From Octopus sinensis (taxonomy: Eukaryota), in contig NC_043011.1 in assembly GCF_006345805.1 (NCBI RefSeq), positions 25,680,464-25,744,463 on the forward strand: a stretch of 64,000 nucleotides of DNA. Reading direction: 5' to 3'. This document shows positions 25,695 through 40,424 of the stretch, one piece after another. The translations under genes were made by a program, and so were the position numbers. Positions within the stretch are counted from its first letter, which is position 1, and every line of letters starts with the position of its first letter. The notes under the pieces were generated by a model. The model worked only from the letters and a program-made list of their open reading frames with translations, searched no databases and had not been told where the DNA came from.

Positions 25695-26102
25695 TAATAT
25701 ACAGATGCTCTACAGATAGATGCCAGATGTTGTCCAGATTCCAAATAGTGTACAATGGAATGGTGTAGAGACAGTATATATGTAGGTACCAGGTGGCATA
25801 CAGATACCAAATGGTATATAGATACCTGGTGGTATACAGATGGCAGAGGTGTACATAGGCTAGATTGTTTATACAAGCCAAATGGTGTAAAAATACCAAG
25901 TGACAGATACCAAGTAGGATACAGGCAGATGTTAGACAGTGTTCTGATGGTGTACAGCTGCCAGATGGTATACAAATGTTTGATGCTATAAAAATTTTAG
26001 ATACTGTACAAATGTCTGATATTGTACATATGCTGTACAGACGTTGGTTGCTACTTGGTTACATGATGTTGTACAGACATCAGAAGCTGTACAGATGTCA
26101 GA
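25695..26102. repeat. Degenerate 18-bp minisatellite (consensus ~CAGATGCCAGATGGTGTA)
   Basis: e.g. cagataccaaatggtata, tagatacctggtggtata, cagctgccagatggtata. Confidence 0.75.
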
Positions 26103-26327
26103 GAAGAAATTTTTGGAATATTTCTCGAAATCATGAAGTGAAGTCTTAAAAAAATCAAGCTTCCCCTCTCATAGAGTGGGTGGTGGCATGTAGGATTTCA
26201 AAGGTTTTGATTGTCTTCAGAAATGCCCAATAAAAGGATAAAAAATCACTATATATTACATGCCATAAAAAAAGAAAGGATAAAATAGCAATTTTTAAAA
26301 GAATTCTGTGAAGAAATCTTTAGAGGA

Positions 26328-26365
26328 ATGCAATAAATTCTAGTATGACTTAGAATCTATTGCAT
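26328..26365 (+). promoter_or_regulatory. GUAUGAC-loop hairpin 2
   Basis: ATGCAATA-a-ATTCTA-[GTATGACT]-TAGAAT-c-TATTGCAT. Confidence 0.65.
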
Positions 26366-26922
26366 GAGAAGGATCTAATCTATCTTCACAGTAAGTTGGC
26401 AGAAATATTTCCAGGAATTGATTTGCAGCTCTTGAAAACATTTATCGGAATCACTACATCTTGGAAAGTAAAAGGGGAGATAAAGATGAAAGTGTAACTG
26501 AGAAGAACAACAACCCATGACTTTGAGTTCACAACAGTTTTGCATTGCTGTATGAACTTAAGAGAGCCACACAACTGACATATTTGATCCAGACTATACC
26601 AGGGTACAGAAGAGAAATGGATTTCACATTGGTTTTGGCCATAAACCTTTCAGTTCTTTGATCAAAGGAACTACTTTCTCATTAGGTTATTAAAGGATGT
26701 AGCTGATTATTGCAAATATTTGTTCCTTAATGTAATCTTTGAAGAATATAAGGAATTTATTTTGGTCCTTTGTATTACATTGATACCTTTCAATTATGTT
26801 TGGATTAAAGGAATAATTTTAGTATACAATGCCACAGTATAAAACTATCCACTATATATATATATATATATATATACATTTCAGCAACACCTCAGTTATT
26901 TATATATCTGCAATGTACACAT

Positions 26923-26980
<58 letters not shown>

Positions 26981-27508
26981 TGCTGAGAGCTTGATGAGTC
27001 TAACCCAGACACACATGTGCACATTTATATATATGTGTGTATGTGTGTAAATGTGCATGTGTAGTACACTCATTGAATTATCACTAATAAGTTGGTATTC
27101 CATCATATACACTTGCACCTTTAATGTAATCCTCAGTAATAATTAGTAGTGTGACATAACGTATGACAAAACTGGGCCTTTGAACTACAGGTACAATCCA
27201 TCCAGCAGGTTTCCTCACAGTTTCCATCTACCCTATTCAATTCTCAAGGCTTGGGTCAACTCAAGACTTGGGTCAAATCAAGACATTTGCCCAATGGGAC
27301 GAATTAAGGGATGGCAGGTCTGTGTCAAAACCCAAGTACTTTATGATTGCAAAAGGAAATTCTTAACCATTTGGCTGTGCCCACACCGAAGTGCAAACAA
27401 GTACTCTGGAGTACACAAGAAGCTGAAGCTCACTGAAGTATTTAAGACAGATGCACAACAAGCAAACAATGCTACACACACATACCTACACACATACACA
27501 TGTACACA

Positions 27509-27552
<44 letters not shown>

Positions 27553-27853
27553 ATACACACATACACGTGTACACACAGACAGACACACATGCAGACAGTC
27601 ACAAAATGAAAAATAGTTCCATTTGATTGTCTCTTTTAGAGGGTGCTGTGGATTGATGATATCTTGAGTATAGTAATCCACCCCCACTCACAGGTAATGG
27701 CAAAATAACTATGTTAATCCAATAATTTGAGGGGGCGGGGCAGCCTAATCACCTATCCCTAAAAACCCTTCACTACTGTACATACTCACAGAGAACATTC
27801 ATGTGTATGTATACTTGCTACGGAAGTGTTCACTGTGTGTTCACTGTGTGTGA

Positions 27854-27891
<38 letters not shown>

Positions 27892-27981
27892 ACACATATG
27901 GGCATGCAAATGTTTGTAGCATATGTGTATATATGTATGCACATGTGTGTATGTATGCATGGGTGTTTGTATGTGTCACTG

Positions 27982-28015
27982 GATGTCTTCAGTTGTATGA
28001 CGAACAGATGACATC
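27982..28015 (+). promoter_or_regulatory. GUAUGAC-loop hairpin 3
   Basis: GATGTC-t-TC-a-GTT-[GTATGACG]-AAC-a-GA-t-GACATC. Confidence 0.6.
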
Positions 28016-29394
28016 TCATAGGATCCTTTTGGAATGTATACACATGCACACGCACACATTCACACATATACGCTCACACATGCACATGCAATATGCACCA
28101 TTAGAAAGAAGACTGAAATCAAAATATGGAATCAACAACAACAATAACAACACAACCAAGAAACAAGTCCGGCAACAACATCAGAAATTTCTTAAATTGG
28201 TAAGATACCTGACCCCATATTTGGAGAGGAGTGACTAGTCAACAACATCCACATTTCATTGCTACTCTATCTTATAAATCCCCTCTCACATGGGAGGGAA
28301 TGATGAAAACCAATAATAATAATAATAATAATGAAAATTACTAAAACAGAAGAAACAAAAATATACATAAAATAATCATTAAAAAATATGAAACAGATAT
28401 GCAACTAAATAAGACATGAAGATGGTGAATCAAAGTCCTTGAGATTACAATGTCAAAAATGGTTTATCTGTTGACAATGTTGAATTAAAGGATAATAAAC
28501 GGATAATTAAGAAGCCGTTGAGAATAGATGGGAAGTTGTTACATTCCAACCTGTTCCCAAGGTAAAAAGAATAAAGAAATGTTAATTGTAATTGAAGTAA
28601 TTATAAAAGTGATTCATAATAATGATGATGATGATATAGTATGGTTTCTAACATTAAGTACATATATGCAATATATATATATGTCTCTATAGATACTACT
28701 TATGTATGTGTGCATATATATATATATATGTGTGTGTGTGCATGTGTGTGTGTGTATGTTTGTATGTATGTATATATGCATATAAACAGACATATATGTC
28801 ACTTTTGATAGTTTTTGTCATGGTAGATGATGTAATGTGTTAAATAATGATGTTTCCAGTATATTACAAGCATTATATATTTTTCACTCGACCCTTCTGG
28901 AACAATAAAAACTAAACCCAATGACCTTAGTGGGATTTGAACCCAGAACAATGAGGCAGTGAACATGATACCAAAAATCTTTCAGTATGACTCACTAATG
29001 TTAGCACCAAATCTACTGGTCTACAATAATAATCATAATAATGATAATATCAATAATAATGGTGTTGTTAGATTGGCACAATACCGCAAATGTATAGGAA
29101 GTTGGGGTGTAGTGAATTGAACTGAAACCCCAGTACATGACCAGTACTGATTCCCTCAACTTTGGAGAGATGAAAGGCAAATTCCACCTGGTAGGATTAG
29201 AACTTAGAACACAGTGGGGCAAAACTACATAGTGTAAGGCAATTAAGTTCAACACTCTACCATTTCAGCCATTCCATAAGAAGAAGGAGAAGAAGAAGAA
29301 GACTTTTTTACAGTGTTCCTCACACATGGATCCTGCAAATATTAGCCATGTGTAAGGTAGCACCAGCAATAAGCAGATACATTAAGTATATCAT

Positions 29395-30430
29395 GAGCAA
29401 ATGGCAAATAATTCTGTTGATACAGACAACAGAAGGAATTATAAAAATCTAACCCCATCTCCATTACAAGAAGAATATTCCAAAGAGATTTCCTCTCTCC
29501 ACTACTTTTTCTGCCTGGTGCTATCACCTTTAACCAATATATCAAATAGGATTGGACTTGGATACAAAAGCTATGGTAGGACAAGTAATCATCTTTTGTA
29601 TATGAAAGATTTCACATTTAATGCTGCAGATGATAAACAACTAGAAACACTGCTGCAAGTAGTACATAGAATTACTATAGAAATTGATATGAGTTTTGGA
29701 TTAGAAAAATGCACCAACCATGGAGAGAGGAAAATTAATCAAGAATGTTAATGTCATGTCAGAGGGGGAAACAGTGATAAGAGAATTACAGCAAACACAG
29801 ACTTACAAATAATTAAACATCAGTATACAACACATACAAACACATACACACACACACACAGAAAGAAAAGGTTAAGAAAAGATATTGAAAACACAGTAGA
29901 TTAATACTCAAGACAGAATTAAATGCAAAATAAAACATAATAGACATCAATATTATAGCTGGTCCAGTGATAAGTTATAGTTTTAATATTTTCAATTGCT
30001 TATTAAATAACTAGTACGACTAGACAGAAAAACAGGGAAAACAATAACTACATTTAGAAAACACCTTTGAAAATCTAACATAGAGAGAATATATTTACAA
30101 CAGATACTGGAAAACAGGAACTTAATGTGACTAGAAAACTATTATAAGATAAACTGGTAAAATATCTAGAAAAGAATCATGGAAAATGAATAGAAATAGC
30201 TGCAAAACCTGAACAAAACAGAAAACTGTTTGCTGTCTTCAATGAAGTCAACAATTAAAAAAAACAGATACTTTATAAGTAGAAAGGAGAAACAACAACA
30301 AAACTAAAAAAAAATGCTTAAAAACTAATCTAATAATGGGGAGACAGAATGCCATATTAAAGTGATGGCATGGACAGAAATCTACATGGTCAATATCAAA
30401 ATAGTGATTGAGAAGCACAGGATTCTAAGT
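29395..30430 (+). mobile_element. R4/Dong-type non-LTR retrotransposon RT remnant
   Basis: FCLVLSPL...LGYK...NHLLYMKD...ADDKQLETLL.VV....IDMSFGLEKC corresponds to RT domains 4-6. Confidence 0.75.
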
Positions 30431-30930
30431 CAAAACTAGAGAATTTGTGTAAGTGTTGGTATAACCACTGTCTCCAAGCTGAGGACTTGGTACCTTTGTA
30501 ATAGGGAAGCATAGAAAACTATGCTTTATGCTTTAAGGAATTTTCTCTTTTCAGTTTTGATCATTTAGAATATAAGATAGTGTGGTAGCATCAGACATGA
30601 AAGATGCCTACTTATCTGGGAAAATACTGTATGTGATTGACACATACATTTAATTGTAGTAGAAAGTACTGTTGTGGTTTTTCCAAAGGAGCCCAGAAAA
30701 TTTACAAGGTCACAAGAGACAGCTTCCATATTGAACACAGCCCATATAATTATAGAAAAGTGTTGATGTGGTCAATCCCAATCACAGCATTAATGATGTG
30801 ACACCTAAGGACTTTTGGTCATTATCAGTGGATAATAATATTTTATTAGAGCCTAAAGGGGGATATACTAATAAATTAAGAATACTATAACATAAGATTA
30901 AGGGGAAAATAATGATAGTAATAGTAGTGC

Positions 30931-30973
<43 letters not shown>

Positions 30974-30990
30974 CATAATAATAATAATTT

Positions 30991-31026
30991 ATCTTGTGAC
31001 AGTTGTATGACAGACTGACACTTGGT
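30991..31026 (+). promoter_or_regulatory. GUAUGAC-loop hairpin 4
   Basis: GTG-a-CAGT-T-[GTATGACA]-G-ACTG-a-CAC (30996-31021), extendable to 30991/31026. Confidence 0.6.
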
Positions 31027-31075
31027 CTTATGAAGAGATGGCATGTTATTTAAATAAAATAGTGAAGTATGTATG

Positions 31076-31114
<39 letters not shown>

Positions 31115-31897
31115 TTTCACATACAAATTAAGTGATAACTTAAGATAGCACTCACCAGAGAAGCTGGTACACACTCACACACACACACACACACATGCAC
31201 ACACACACACACACACATACACAGGCACACACACACACACACACTGAAATTTGGTTTTTATCATTTTCAAAGTGAATGTGAAAAAAGTATTAGTTTCACA
31301 TTGTATCAAGGTCTGTAAACATACTCAGAATATTTTCACACTCAACTTAAACCTCAGTTCCATCAAACCACGTAGCCTTGAACAGCTAAAAATAGAGAAC
31401 AATAAGCAAAAATATGAAACCCCAAACAATCCCAAACCAAGCTAACTTTCATCACAACAGAAGCCTTCAAACTTCCAAGACACACAAATCCCTTCTCCCC
31501 AAAGCTCCTTCCCTTCAAATTATACAATTTACCCCGTCCCCCATACCAATAGACTCTTCTGTGGCTTAAATGATACGAAGGCCATTGGTCTTTTCTACGG
31601 ATGGATTCACATTGTCATCATTTTCTTCAAAGTCATCATTGCTTCCTTTTGGTTTCCTTTGTTCTTTCCTTCTTTTGTCTTCTTTCATACTTTCTTTTTC
31701 TTTCTTTCTTTCTTCATTTCGTTTTTCTTTTTCTTTCTTATTTCGTCTACTTTACCTCATTAATGAGATGACAATCTCTCAAATTTCATCAGATTTACGC
31801 ATACAGGATTATGTATATACAATTATAAGTGTGTTTGAAAATCATGATTTACATGTCTCATGATACACCACACACACATATACATACATTCATATAT

Positions 31898-31941
<44 letters not shown>

Positions 31942-32049
31942 TACATGCACACACATGTATGTGTATTTATATATGGATACACATGTGTATGTTATATTAA
32001 GTATGTATATATACAAATGTAATGTTTGAATGTGTATAGATATATATAT

Positions 32050-32088
<39 letters not shown>

Positions 32089-32925
32089 TATGTTTGCATA
32101 TACAAAAGTGTGTGTGTGTGTGTATATCTATGTATACATATGTTTTTATGTATGCATGTACAATGAAAAATATGGATTAAGTGAAAATTAACTATTATAA
32201 AGAAGAAGATAAATTATTCAACAATAAACTCACCTTAGATATTTATCGAATATGAATTCTAATATTTATAACGATAATCAAAACCATAATGTATAATAAT
32301 AATTATTATAATAATAATAATGATGGTAATAGTAATAATATTCTTAAGTTAATTTCAAGAAATATTTCACACACACACTGTATATATAAATGTATGTATA
32401 TGTATATATATATATATATAATATAATATATATATATTATATATTATATATATATATAATATATATATATATTATATATATGTATATATGTATATCTATC
32501 TTATTATATATGTAAATGTGTGTATATATATATATATATATACGTATATTTACATTTATGTTTATATCATAAGCATGCATATTTTATGTATATAGATGTA
32601 GCACATGAACATATATATGTACTTTTATGATAATATATATTATAGATATATATATAATATATATATATAATATAGTTATGAATGTATGTATAATTCACAA
32701 AATGCATCATTCTCTGATAACATTGCTTTACAGCTGTTATTTCATCTTATTTATCATCAATATCTCATCATCATCATCATCATCAACATTATCATCATCA
32801 TCATCATTGTCATCATCTTCATCATCGTCATTATCATAATTATCATCACCATCGGCATCATTATCCTCATTATCATCATCATTATTGCATCAATATTGTT
32901 ATTATTATCATTATCATCATCATCC

Positions 32926-32989
<64 letters not shown>

Positions 32990-33015
32990 CATCATCATCA
33001 TCATCATCCTTACTA

Positions 33016-33068
<53 letters not shown>

Positions 33069-33456
33069 GCATCCCCACTATTACTATCACTGTTATCATA
33101 ATTACCAACATTTGCATTCATCTTCACTATTTCTTCAATTTATGATTTAATTCGAACTACCAAAATAGTGTAGAGAATTTGGCATTTGGAACAACAAAAA
33201 CTGATATCATAAAACAAAATTTTGTATATATAAAGATATAAATGAATAACTAAATAAATTAAACCACAAACAGTTGAATTAAGAAAAGAAACAAAAAAAA
33301 AGATGAACCCCCACTCTAAAATGTTACTATTTGAAACTAAAGCCTCAAAGAAAGAAACCATCATCTCTGTAAAATCCACCTAAAAGTGTGTACATTGTCT
33401 GTATAATTATTGTCCAACTAGCATGATCCTTTGATGTAGCTGGCACTCCACTAATT

Positions 33457-33492
33457 TTTATGTGTCAGTTGTATGACAGACTGACATGTAAA
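33457..33492 (+). promoter_or_regulatory. GUAUGAC-loop hairpin 5
   Basis: TTTATGTGTCAGTT-[GTATGACA]-GACTGACATGTAAA: 14 continuous pairs on the + strand, three of them G-U. Confidence 0.7.
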
Positions 33493-33915
33493 TAATGAAA
33501 TATAAAAAAATTTATCCATTAAACAATCTCGCATGTGTGTGTTAGGCCTCTACGTAAAACAGTTATCAGCACAGTGACAACATATTCTATATATTATTTA
33601 ACATTAGCATATATATATATATATATAATATATATATATATATATAGTTGCTGAGTCAACTCGATATTTGCATGCTATTATTATCATAGCTTTATATGTA
33701 ATTTCAAGATCCAATTCAAAAATGAATTTTTTATAATATATATATATATATAGTAATATATATAATAATATATATATATAGTATATAATGTATGTATGTG
33801 CATGTGTGTGTGTATGTGTGCATACATATCCATATGTATATATACATATATATATGACTAAAAATTGTTGCTCTGGTATAAAATGGTTGGTAGAAGTAGT
33901 TGGGATATATATATA

Positions 33916-33977
<62 letters not shown>

Positions 33978-34334
33978 TAATGTCGATAACAATAATGGTA
34001 GTGTTATTCTAAATCTAGCCACAAGGCTATCAGTTTTGAGGGGAAGGGTTAGTCAGTATCTCTGACCCCAGTAACTTGACTGGTGCTTTATTTTATCAAC
34101 CCCAGAGAGGTGAAAGGCTAAGTTGACCATGGCAGGATTTGAACTCAGAATGTAAAGATAGAAAGACGGAACAAATATATGCAAGGCATTAATAATAACA
34201 GATAAAGGAGATAGTGATGATAGTGATGATGATGATGGTGATTATGATGTTGATGATGATGATGATGATGATAATGATGATGATAATTATAATAATAGAA
34301 ATAGCAGAAACAGTAAATAATAATAATAATAATA

Positions 34335-34377
<43 letters not shown>

Positions 34378-35077
34378 TGTAATAATAATAATATCAAATA
34401 TCAATAATAAGAATAGGTGTAGTAATTATGCTAAATATGATAATGGTGATAAATTAATAATAATTATGATAATCTTAATATCCAAGATTTAATGATTTGG
34501 AATTTTGAAAAAAAAAACCTTTTGAAAACATTTCAAAATTCTCTTGTTACTGATTGTGGTGGCAGCAGCAGCAGTAATAGTGAAAGAAATGGTTTTTGTA
34601 AATGTCAAATGAAAGAAATTTAAATTTTGAAAAAAAAAGTCCCTAAAAAATAAAAAAACAAAAAAATGAAACATCTACCATTGCTGTTGCCACCATAACA
34701 ACAACAAACATTGCAACAAAAAAGACATAAAAAGAAAAAAAGCTTTTGGAAGAAAATAAAAAGAAAGTGGAGCCGTAAGATCTCTCTTTCTTTGTTTTTC
34801 TCTTTCTATCTCTATCTATCTCTTTCTCTCTCATTATCTCTATCTCTCTTTTTGTAACCACACACACTTGTTTTCATTTGGTTTGTTCCTGCTGTGGTAA
34901 TTAAAATGAAAAAAAAAATTTGTCAATTTGAGTAAGAGAAAGAAAGAGAGAGAAAGAGAGGGAGAGAAATAGAGAGAGAGGAGGAGAGAGTTAGAAAGAG
35001 AGGAGTGAGAGTGTGAAAGGTAATGAAGAGAGAGAATGAGGTATGCAGATAAGAAATGTTTATATATATATATATAT

Positions 35078-35111
<34 letters not shown>

Positions 35112-35664
35112 ATATATATACACGCACCACCTGGCACACACACACCACATATGTATGTACATATTTATATATATGAATATATATATACATACATATGTAT
35201 ATTTTATGTGTATATAATATATATATAATATTATATATATTATATATATGTATATACAAATTATATATATATACATACATATATATACATATGAGAGAGA
35301 GAGAGAGAGATAGAGAGAGGAGAGAGAGAGAGAGAGAACAGCGAGGGAGAAAGAAAGAGAGAGAATGAGTTGAATGAAAGTTAGTTCTTTCTTTTTTTCT
35401 TTCTATTCAACTCCTACAAGACAGAAGCAAATGTTGGCATCTTGTTTTTTGCTTAAGATTTAGTTGGAAATTTGAGTTTTGAGTTTAGGGCACAAAAATG
35501 ACAAAATAATGGTTGTGAGTAGAATCTTGCTTGCCAAAAAGCTAACATAGAAACCCCCGACCCCCAGGACAAAAAAAAAAATGTCAGCCTTTATTCACTG
35601 CACGACTTCTTGTCGATTTTTCTATGTTTTCTTTAAAATTTCATTAAATTTTTTTTTTTTTTTA

Positions 35665-35699
35665 GAAGACCACTAGATGTATGACTTTCTAGTGTCTTC
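35665..35699 (+). promoter_or_regulatory. GUAUGAC-loop hairpin 6
   Basis: GAAGA-c-CACTAGA-t-[GTATGACT]-t-TCTAGTG-TCTTC. Confidence 0.65.
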
Positions 35700-35877
35700 C
35701 TTATTTTTTTGTGACTTTTTTGTGTATGTTGTCTTTATGTTCAGATTATGTGTTTGATATAGTTGTTTGATGCTTTAATGTTTGAGGTTGTTGATTTTAA
35801 TTGGGTTTTGTTTGAAACCAAATTATCCTTCAGAAACTCTTGATAACATGTGGTTGAATTTTTTGGCCCATAAGCAG

Positions 35878-35911
<34 letters not shown>

Positions 35912-36018
35912 AATATAATATATAAATGTGTGTGTGTATGTATGGTGTGTGCATAGGTGTGTGACTGTGTGTGAAATTTAACTGTGTGTTCCCCCGTATG
36001 TGCATGCATGAGAAGCTA

Positions 36019-36059
<41 letters not shown>

Positions 36060-36671
36060 CATACATATGTTTCTATATATGTTGTTTTACATATATATAT
36101 ATCTATGTATGTATATACCTACATTTTTATATATTTATAGTACGTATGGATGGATGCATATATAATACACACTCCACACATATGTATATATATCCATATA
36201 TGTGATTGTGTGTGTATATATTATATATCTATATATTATATATATATATATACACATACACACACACACTCATGTTATATATATATATAATATATATATA
36301 TCATATATATGAATATATATGTAATATATATGCATATATATAGGCACATATATATATTGTTATATATGTGTGTGTATATATATATATATAAATGTATATA
36401 CATATATGTATTATGTATGTATATGTATGTGTGTGTGTAGGTACATGTGCACATATGCATGTACACTTACACAGCATACATTACAATAAGAATGATGATA
36501 CTTGTAAAAGTATGTGTGCTCATATCTGCCAAGCTTTACTCATGCTTTCAGCGTAACATGTATATGGTGTCAAAGAATAAAAAAAAACATATATGTTATA
36601 TAAATAAATAAATATGTATATATATATATATGCATGTATATACTGGACAAGAATATATATATACATACACC

Positions 36672-36720
<49 letters not shown>

Positions 36721-36819
36721 ATGTATATATACATGAGTGTATGTGCATATATGAATGAATATACATACATATAGACATATACTATATTATTATGTATATA
36801 TATATATATATATATATAT

Positions 36820-36862
<43 letters not shown>

Positions 36863-36871
36863 ATTATATAG

Positions 36872-36908
<37 letters not shown>

Positions 36909-37935
36909 AATATAATATATATATGCATGTGCAGTCACATACTTATGTATCTAGGGTTTTATGCCTTGCTGGTATATGTATGGAATTGAGTACACATGTG
37001 CATTAAATGGAAGGGGTTTTGCATGGGTGTGTATTGATAACTATTCACTTTTTTTGCGGTCATTCTGACATATGCATACAAATGGCACACCACACAGAAG
37101 TACATGCACAATTACATATACACATATAAAGATACATTCAACCAGACATACATACATTTGTATAAATTCACATACACGCATATGCATAAACAAAAATGTG
37201 TGTTATTTAAAACTCCATAATTCATTTTTTTCTTCTCAAAGACTGAATATGAGTGAACTCCCCTTCCTATGTTGTATCTTTGATTATAATGATATCAACC
37301 TTTGATATATTGTTATTACACATAATATCCAATGTTTGTATCTCTTTGTGCTTTCAACTTTTGTTGTTGTAGTTGGGGTTGTGAGTGTAGTGTTTGTTTC
37401 TTTTGTTATTGTTGTTATCGAATGTCCAGCATCAATTGTTTTTTTGATATCATATTAATAAAAATGAGATGTCACTAGTTGGGTATTTGCTCTAGTTTCC
37501 TGTTTCTTTTTTTAATATATATTTAAATATTTCTTTACGGTTATTGTTGTTGTCGAATGTATATAAATATTGAAGTATCAAATGTTATTTATATTTGTGA
37601 TATGTCAAATGAAAAGGTTGATATTGTTAATACTAGCAATATCAAAACTGAGAAAAACAGAAACATAACCCCACAAAACCCCCAGAAAATCTCAATGAAT
37701 AAAATTATGCAGAAAACCTTAAAAAAAAAAAATTTAAATTCCCCTCACACTTACATGAATTACAGTTTTATAAAAGAAATTCAGTGTGTGGTGAGTGTAT
37801 GTGTGTGTTATAAACATCAATACTGATGGTGTAAGTAATAATAATAATAAATAATAATGATAATAATAATCATAATAATAATAATGATAATGATAATTAT
37901 AATGCTAATGATAATAATAATATTAATTATGTTTT

Positions 37936-37970
<35 letters not shown>

Positions 37971-38035
37971 TATATAGACACAACACACATAATATATGTA
38001 TGTATATATATAATAGCTGTATATATATGTCAATG

Positions 38036-38069
<34 letters not shown>

Positions 38070-38309
38070 TATATATATATGTACATGTATATGTATATAT
38101 ATATATTTATACCTATATATTTGAGTAGAAATAATAATGATGATAATAATAATAATAATATATAATAATAATAATATATAATAATAAAATAATAATAAAT
38201 ATAATAACAATAATCATATGATGATGATGATAATGCTAATGATAATGATAATGATAATGATAATGATATTATTATTATTATTAGTATTATTCTTATATTA
38301 TTATTATTA

Positions 38310-38345
<36 letters not shown>

Positions 38346-38469
38346 CAGGTTTTACAATTTTAAATGGTCATGGAGTATAATGGACGAGTCTTCAGCAGTT
38401 GCTAAAATTGGGGTTTGTGCACATGCATGATATACTATAGCTATATCTACATATATATATATATATAAG

Positions 38470-38518
<49 letters not shown>

Positions 38519-38913
38519 ATATATATATATATAGATATATATATATATAATAGATTATAACATACATACATACATACATGCATAATATATATAGGTATAT
38601 ATATATATTATATATATTATATCTATATATATATATATATCTATATATAATATATAATATATATAATATATAATATATATATATATATTATATATATATA
38701 TATATATACATACACATATACATACATTGCACATGTAAAATCTGTTGCATTCATTTCATGTGAAAACTAGATGGAAATGTAGTGGAGGGGAAGAAAGTAA
38801 TTTTGTAGAAACTGTAAACTGTATTATGCTGGCAGGCTACTGTCCTAAAAATGATGGTGATGATGATGATGATGATGATGTTCATGATGATGATTATGAT
38901 AATGATGATGATG

Positions 38914-38945
<32 letters not shown>

Positions 38946-39028
38946 TATTATAACAATTATAACAATGATGTTGATGACTATGTTGATGGTGATGATGATT
39001 CAATGATGAGAATAATGATGATGAGGAA

Positions 39029-39079
<51 letters not shown>

Positions 39080-39727
39080 CATAATAATAATAATAATAAT
39101 AATAATATAATAATAATAATAATGATAATAATAATAATGTTGATATTAATAGTAATATTAACATAAACATTTTAACTTGGCATAAAGCCAGCGTTTATGG
39201 AGATTGATTATAATCGATGGCTTAAACCAGTGTATATTACTGGTATTCCTTTTATTGACTTTGAAGAGATGAAAGGCAAAATTGACTCCAATAGGATTAG
39301 AGCATAGAACCAAAAGAGCTGATACTAGACACTGCAAAGCATTCATGAATTATTTTGATGATAATAATAATAGTATTAATCATAATAATCAGAATTTCTT
39401 ACGTAGGCACCATGCCAGGAATTTTTATATAGAAGATGAATCAGTCAAATCACATGAATACCCAGTATTTAACTGGTTCTAAATTTCATCAAAACTCCTG
39501 TAATGATGAAAAAACACAAAGCCAATCTTAGCAGGATTTGAACTCAGAATTTAAAGGCATTTTGTTCAATAACACTCTACCAATTCTGCCATCCACAGCC
39601 CATTTTTTGTGATGATAATGCTAATAAGAATTAAGCAAATGTAATAATAATATTATTAATTATAATAGTTACTTAATTAAAAATAAAGCCAAAAATATTA
39701 AAAAAATAAGTTAATAATGATGAGGGG

Positions 39728-39773
<46 letters not shown>

Positions 39774-40282
39774 AATAATAATGATAATTGTAATCATTAA
39801 TAATGGTAAGGATAATGATATCTCACATTGGCACCAAGGCCACAAATTCATATGGGAGGGCAAAAATTCACTGAATCGACACCAGAACATAACTGGTGCA
39901 TATTTCTATCGACCCAGGAGGGTTAAAAGGCAAAGTTGAAACCGGTGGGATTTGAACTCAGAACATATGGGTTCATCACTAAGTACTGTTATTCACAGTT
40001 ACTGCTCTTCTATCAATCCTGAAATTCCCACCTTGTTTGCATGTGCGCATGTCTGCATGAACGTGTGTTTGTATGGCAATGTATATATGTATGTGAGTGT
40101 GTGTGTGCATATGTTTGTGTCTGCACAGATGTGTGTGTATGTGTGTATGTGCATGTGTGTGTGTATGCTTTTTTGTGGGGGTGGGGCCTTGTCAGATATA
40201 CACAAACATACACATGCACAGTTATGTGTGAGTATAGGAGATTACACACACACATAAACATACATATGAACACATATATCTA

Positions 40283-40342
<60 letters not shown>

Positions 40343-40344
40343 AA

Positions 40345-40424
<80 letters not shown>

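Noticed and set aside
27161-28991. Two more GTATGAC matches (27161, 28985)
   Set aside because: Both lie in decayed SINE copies and have no flanking stem.
31567-31752. Minus-strand Lys/Glu-rich open frame (SRRNKKEKEK...GLRII) and a nearby CTGATGA...GAAA
   Set aside because: Low-complexity purine tract preceded by a stop with no good acceptor; no stem II or stem I for a hammerhead.
23879-35699. Reading the GTATGA hairpins as SECIS elements or splice donors
   Set aside because: AUGA is in the apical loop rather than in a kink-turn with an opposing GA, and the bases before GT are not exon-end consensus.
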